This document shows, one piece after another, positions 61,001 through 64,000 of a DNA stretch of 64,000 nucleotides. This DNA comes from an uncultured Candidatus Poseidoniales archaeon. GTDB taxonomy: Archaea > Thermoplasmatota > Poseidoniia > Poseidoniales > Poseidoniaceae. The notes under the pieces are model-generated. The model made no database searches. It was not told the DNA's origin and saw nothing but the letters and a program-made list of their open reading frames with translations. Made by a program: the position numbers and the translations under genes. Positions within the stretch are counted from its first letter, which is position 1; each line of letters starts with the position of its first letter. Where the stretch lies: contig CAXEMN010000005.1 in assembly GCA_963997415.1 (NCBI GenBank), positions 2,647-66,646 of the forward strand, in the 5' to 3' direction.

Positions 61001-64000
61001 CAACGAATTCAACACCGTATTCGTCACCATGGCAAGGCTTGCTGGATTGCCAGCACGCTATGTGAGTGGATTTGCTGGTGGAACTTGGAATGGTGATGGC
61101 TATGCCGTGTTCCCACAAGATCGCACAACCTGGGGTGAAGTCCGTCTCCAACAAAACAGCGCCAATGGAAACACTGACCTTGGATGGATTGCCTTTGATG
61201 CATGCCCTGCTGCTGAAGAAATCGAAATCGTCAATCAAACCATCTCAACATTGGTTTGGGACCGAGAGAGTACGTCTACGATCAATGTGACTGGACAATT
61301 GCGCTTTGCAACCAATTCCACTCCAATTACTGATCTGCCGATGGTTGGCTATCTTGTTCCGCTTGCAGAAGTTGCTGGCGTGCCTGGACCTGCAGCCATT
61401 CCTAACTACGAAATTGGTGCTCTCATCACCGATCAAAACGGTACCTTCGAATTCATAGGTGCTCCACTTGAACCTGGTGCGCCGGGCATCCATAGGATTG
61501 TCATCAAACACGTCCAATCAGGCTATGTTTCTGAGGACGGTATCATCTACGATGGTTATGTCAACGTGACCGATGATGCCATCATCAACCACACCGGACC
61601 CAATGCGATCAACGCACCAATTGTTGGCGCAGGAGCAACCACGATCGTGACTGGCCAACTTTCTCTTGAGAACACCCCGACCAATGTGTTCTCCTCCATC
61701 GCAAGCAGTGATTCTGTTCCGGAAGTATGGCTCAGTTTCACTTCTTCAGTCAATGGTTCAGTCAACCTCACATCAGCCGTTGGCTTCGATGGTTCGTGGA
61801 GCATTGAAGTTGAACTTGACCCACTTGAAACGCAAACCAACCTCTCTGCTACCCTTGGTTTCTCAGGTTGGCAAGATGCCTCAGAGCCAAGTATTACACC
61901 CGTACAGTTCCACTTGCGACCAACAACCACATCGATTGTCTTGGATATTCGTGATGCACCAACCCTCACTGCAACGCTTGAGGGTCCACTTGCCAACAAG
62001 AGCATCATTCTGATTGACGACAATATTTGGGTGAACGGATCTGCGTTGACTTCTGGGGCCAATCCAGTGGCCATGCTCGGCAACCTTTCGTTCTCAATGC
62101 GCTCGGTTGGTAGCGGCACTGATTGGATCGAAGTGTTCAATCAAACCGTCAACGGAACCTTCTCGGTTCAACATTTCTTGACGGCTGCTGTTGCACAGAT
62201 CGCCGCCGGTGAAATTGAACTTCAAGTCCGGTTCTACCCTGATTCAATCGAAGCTACCGACGATGCAAACATGTCTTCTGGCGCACCCTACCTCTTGCGA
62301 GGTTGGTTACAATTTACCTCTCAATCGGTCTCACAACTCAGAAACACAGAAGCCGTTGTTCTTGTTTCAATGGTTGATCACCGAGGTGTCGACACCGATT
62401 TGCTTGCCTCAGGAAACTTTGATTTCTCCTTCAATGGTTCATGGGTGAACACCACAGTCGACCCGGAAAGTGAAACCATCACATTGAGTTGGTTGCTCGA
62501 TTCGGACATGTATGCAGGCGATTATACACTCGATATCTCATACAACGGTTCAGATTTGTACCAGCCATCGGTTGGTGCAACCTCAGTTCGTGTGGCTGCT
62601 GAAGTCGGTTGGAACATTACGCTGGCTCAGGATTGGACTCATTTGGGCAATTCTACCTACATCTTTGGGGATATCTTTGACGCTGTTCACACCAATCGAA
62701 AGGTGCTTGGCGACAACATCACCATGCTTTCGCTGATCATGACGACCATTGAAGGTCAACCTATTGATTTGGCACAAGGCTTGCTCAACAACACAACGAG
62801 TGAATATAACCTCAGTTTCACCGTACCAACAACAAGCCCGTCAAACGCCTATGAGTTCATTCTCAACATGGATTTCGAGAATATGGCGCCAGTCGGTGGA
62901 CCATACTACCGATTTGTTGACACCACGGTCCCACCCGCAACGCCAACGCTTCCTTCAACTTTGGTCGGATTCGAATCCGAGTTCGTGGTTGATACCGGTC
63001 AACGGAATTTGCTTGTCGAAGTCAACGGTTCGCTTGATTTCAACGTCACTGTGACCGATGTGGCAGATGATTCGAACATTAGTGATGCTACGGTTGAATT
63101 CATCTTTGACTACGGCCGAACGAATGTATCTATTGGAACCGCAATTTCAGACGAAGCAGGATTCGCTAGCATCGGTTGGACTGCTGCGGGTGTAGCACCT
63201 GGCTACTATGACGTGCTGATGATTGTCTATGACGACCTTAGCGATCCTCTTGCGGTTGGTAATACACGGCGCACTGGTAACTCAACGCTGGTGAACTTGA
63301 CCGTTCAAGTGCCGAGTAATTTCAGAATTGATAGCATACCAACGACGGTGACCGCTGGGCTCAATTTCAATGTGCTCGGTCAAGTCCTCGATGGCGATAA
63401 TGCAACACGTCCATTGATTGCACCTGTTGAACTCAGCGCATTCTGGCTCAGCAATCCGGATGAACTGCTCGTTGGTAGCTACCAGACCGCAGTCAATGGT
63501 ACATTCAACATGAGCATCCCAACTGACACCTCTGGAAACGGAACCCTACGTGGAAACAAAGTGCTGGTGATTTCAGTCATCGAAGGTTCATCGCCTTTCT
63601 ATCTGACAGCAAGCACACAGAACGGTATGTTGGTGATGGGTGTCTCACGCTTTGAGAACATTCAACCATTGAACCCAATTCTTGTCAACCGTGGCGATGA
63701 AGTCAACATCAGTGCCCGATTGGTTGAATCCTCAAACTTGTTCCTCCCTCTTGGCGGCTTCGACGTGGACATTGAGTTCCACGAGAGTTGGCTACCAGGG
63801 ACACAAACCGATGGCGAGGGCTTTGCCAATTTCAGTTATCTGGTACCGACGACCCACCCTCTTGGCTTGATCACCGTAACCATGGTCTTCAACGGTAGCG
63901 TGGATCTTCTTGCAACCAATGTGAATCTCTCTTCGATCACCATTCGCTCGACCACGATCTTGGTCGTGGATGCAATTGCAGCCAACCCAGTCGCGGGAAC
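58062..64000 (+). CDS. Giant surface protein (>1,900 aa, 3' end beyond the window): N-terminal anchor, TSP3-like Ca-binding repeats, transglutaminase-like core, Ig-like repeat region
   Basis: Frame 3 has a stop at 58029-58031. My own translation of 58032-59522 and 59520-61200 shows no stop. For 61200-64000 the absence of stops is inferred from the ORF track, which lists only frame-1 plus-strand ORFs there. The ORF is absent from the track because it has no stop in the window. My translation: MRTPSSPSKPRSQW...KSIGLVALMVLSTFASIQY (anchor); DQDGDGLTYGLEY, DSDNDGLPDGWEW, DPDGDGMSNLQEY, DTDGDGMDDGWE, DTDGDGLNDSRE, DTDGDGISDGVE; and later EAIKEGTCNEFNTVFVTMARLAGLPARYVSGFAGG. The start is ATG 58062 or ATG 58098. 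Confidence 0.8.
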   Translation, partial: MRHQNSRVLVTTMRTPSSPSKPRSQWQILQHRDTVKSIGLVALMVLSTFASIQYVSFDALAATDQDGDGLTYGLEYLMNTAPNDPDSDNDGLPDGWEWQYGLDPLSSTGGDGAVGDPDGDGMSNLQEYNYLQPTNWDLSSTSGVLDNGVWWNGTVPVNNWDEENALQYNRPGCGDSGSDGTGTVILCDEDPVGNICTNGFDDDKDGFVDSADSDNDGDADCSSNDDDGDGIEDEDVAGWDTDGDGMDDGWEAANGLNATDPTNDNGPNGDPDGDGLNNLLEYINPTWTTMCGASPCFRNGPTGLKTETTTPCDPVRGIGPGGCATFTAEVDGITSTNPQRADTDGDGLNDSREALTLLTDPTSSDTDGDGISDGVEVAGQYGSPAQASDPRNNNTDGDAFDDGEEDINGNGVVDAGETDPTRREDSGDEDNDGIQNWEENLSCTLWDVADTDFGGINDGDEQNVSHGTDPCDSLVNFQTTIVTWNNGNGQLEVADGSGFNPAGGVGWFNISGTWTPFAYATVVNDLIQGVSSAPGTATQVSNRNGSFCHTDATTDGTITTTRNYCDDDYSDSDGDGLADWQELLGTFGWFSNPTLVDSDGDGASDFEEVFANTDPNEPCTNLLDDDQDGLNNYFETSTGCDLIYIGITNGSTDVWVTDDASIDTDSGGVSDRDEYFDGTNPENNPTDDLLPSDFDGDLIPDAIENQTGTDWTNPDTDGGGMIDGLECTQEFWIINCIGSPFDPFDPTDDLEASEVVFWANNSSGIVDLDATQRWRQYTNDFYTGTAYAHIAEVHPSETIILPSSNFTHLADMAFANDTVEWLMTFNNPPVTGRLPLPVSWSNMSFYVDSGSELERSNDSHNVNIVAGPIQEVFIQQPEFYFDWATLASTTVPGQGFAYELELPDDLTNLSSPQSSLLNTTTTIVNEAGATNAYDTAVAIQTFLAEGNATTEFKRNYNGSGIPNTEDLSVVLVEAIKEGTCNEFNTVFVTMARLAGLPARYVSGFAGGTWNGDGYAVFPQDRTTWGEVRLQQNSANGNTDLGWIAFDACPAAEEIEIVNQTISTLVWDRESTSTINVTGQLRFATNSTPITDLPMVGYLVPLAEVAGVPGPAAIPNYEIGALITDQNGTFEFIGAPLEPGAPGIHRIVIKHVQSGYVSEDGIIYDGYVNVTDDAIINHTGPNAINAPIVGAGATTIVTGQLSLENTPTNVFSSIASSDSVPEVWLSFTSSVNGSVNLTSAVGFDGSWSIEVELDPLETQTNLSATLGFSGWQDASEPSITPVQFHLRPTTTSIVLDIRDAPTLTATLEGPLANKSIILIDDNIWVNGSALTSGANPVAMLGNLSFSMRSVGSGTDWIEVFNQTVNGTFSVQHFLTAAVAQIAAGEIELQVRFYPDSIEATDDANMSSGAPYLLRGWLQFTSQSVSQLRNTEAVVLVSMVDHRGVDTDLLASGNFDFSFNGSWVNTTVDPESETITLSWLLDSDMYAGDYTLDISYNGSDLYQPSVGATSVRVAAEVGWNITLAQDWTHLGNSTYIFGDIFDAVHTNRKVLGDNITMLSLIMTTIEGQPIDLAQGLLNNTTSEYNLSFTVPTTSPSNAYEFILNMDFENMAPVGGPYYRFVDTTVPPATPTLPSTLVGFESEFVVDTGQRNLLVEVNGSLDFNVTVTDVADDSNISDATVEFIFDYGRTNVSIGTAISDEAGFASIGWTAAGVAPGYYDVLMIVYDDLSDPLAVGNTRRTGNSTLVNLTVQVPSNFRIDSIPTTVTAGLNFNVLGQVLDGDNATRPLIAPVELSAFWLSNPDELLVGSYQTAVNGTFNMSIPTDTSGNGTLRGNKVLVISVIEGSSPFYLTASTQNGMLVMGVSRFENIQPLNPILVNRGDEVNISARLVESSNLFLPLGGFDVDIEFHESWLPGTQTDGEGFANFSYLVPTTHPLGLITVTMVFNGSVDLLATNVNLSSITIRSTTILVVDAIAANPVAG
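60960..61210 (+). other. Transglutaminase-like cysteine-protease-fold core inside the giant protein
   Basis: GTCNEFNTVFVTMARLAGLPARYVSGFAGG...VFPQDRTTWGEVRL...LGWIAFDACP aligns by eye to the TGase-core pattern G-x-C-x-x-F-A...R-x-x-G-I-P-A-R-x-V-x-G-Y...H-A-W-x-E-V...W-x-x-F-D-P-T. Confidence 0.65.

Overview
This 64-kb window is a gene-dense chromosomal segment of an archaeon, about 90% coding. No rRNA, CRISPR array, transposase or integrase is visible. The archaeal assignment rests on aRF1, aIF-2 beta, class I LysRS, tRNA methyltransferase Trm56, archaeal-type UMP kinase, a NOG1-like GTPase and a PyrE-like HTH-PRTase. These sit among many bacterial-type metabolic genes and very large surface proteins, which fits a marine Thermoplasmatota lineage such as Marine Group II / Poseidoniales; that placement is inference, not proof. 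Recognisable content: a thiolase followed by an RND/MMPL exporter and three small domain-of-unknown-function genes; carAB; folP, folB, PCD and a pteridine-reductase-like SDR; LysRS and ArgRS; ubiX, lipB and dut; a five-gene lipA-E1alpha-E1beta-E2-E3 2-oxoacid dehydrogenase operon; one tRNA-Leu(UAA); a membrane-anchored GDSL esterase carrying a long calcium-binding TSP3-like repeat array; and two giant surface proteins, the second running off the 3' end. I found no recognisable defence or mobile system. The most notable observations are: (1) a class Ia ribonucleotide reductase pair of strikingly eukaryotic type, bounded by the two largest non-coding gaps; (2) a >1,900-aa surface protein whose transglutaminase-like core appears to have Thr in place of the catalytic His; (3) a translationally coupled MMPL / ABA4-like / DUF2071 / DCC string; (4) a flotillin-like SPFH coiled-coil protein paired with an unknown helical protein; (5) several orphan architectures: a GIDE-like membrane protein, a PIN plus helical-repeat protein, a double zinc-ribbon protein with a histone-H1-like tail, and a SAP/HeH motif on an M28 peptidase. 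All family assignments come from motif recognition by eye and need database confirmation. Several start codons are ambiguous and flagged as such.
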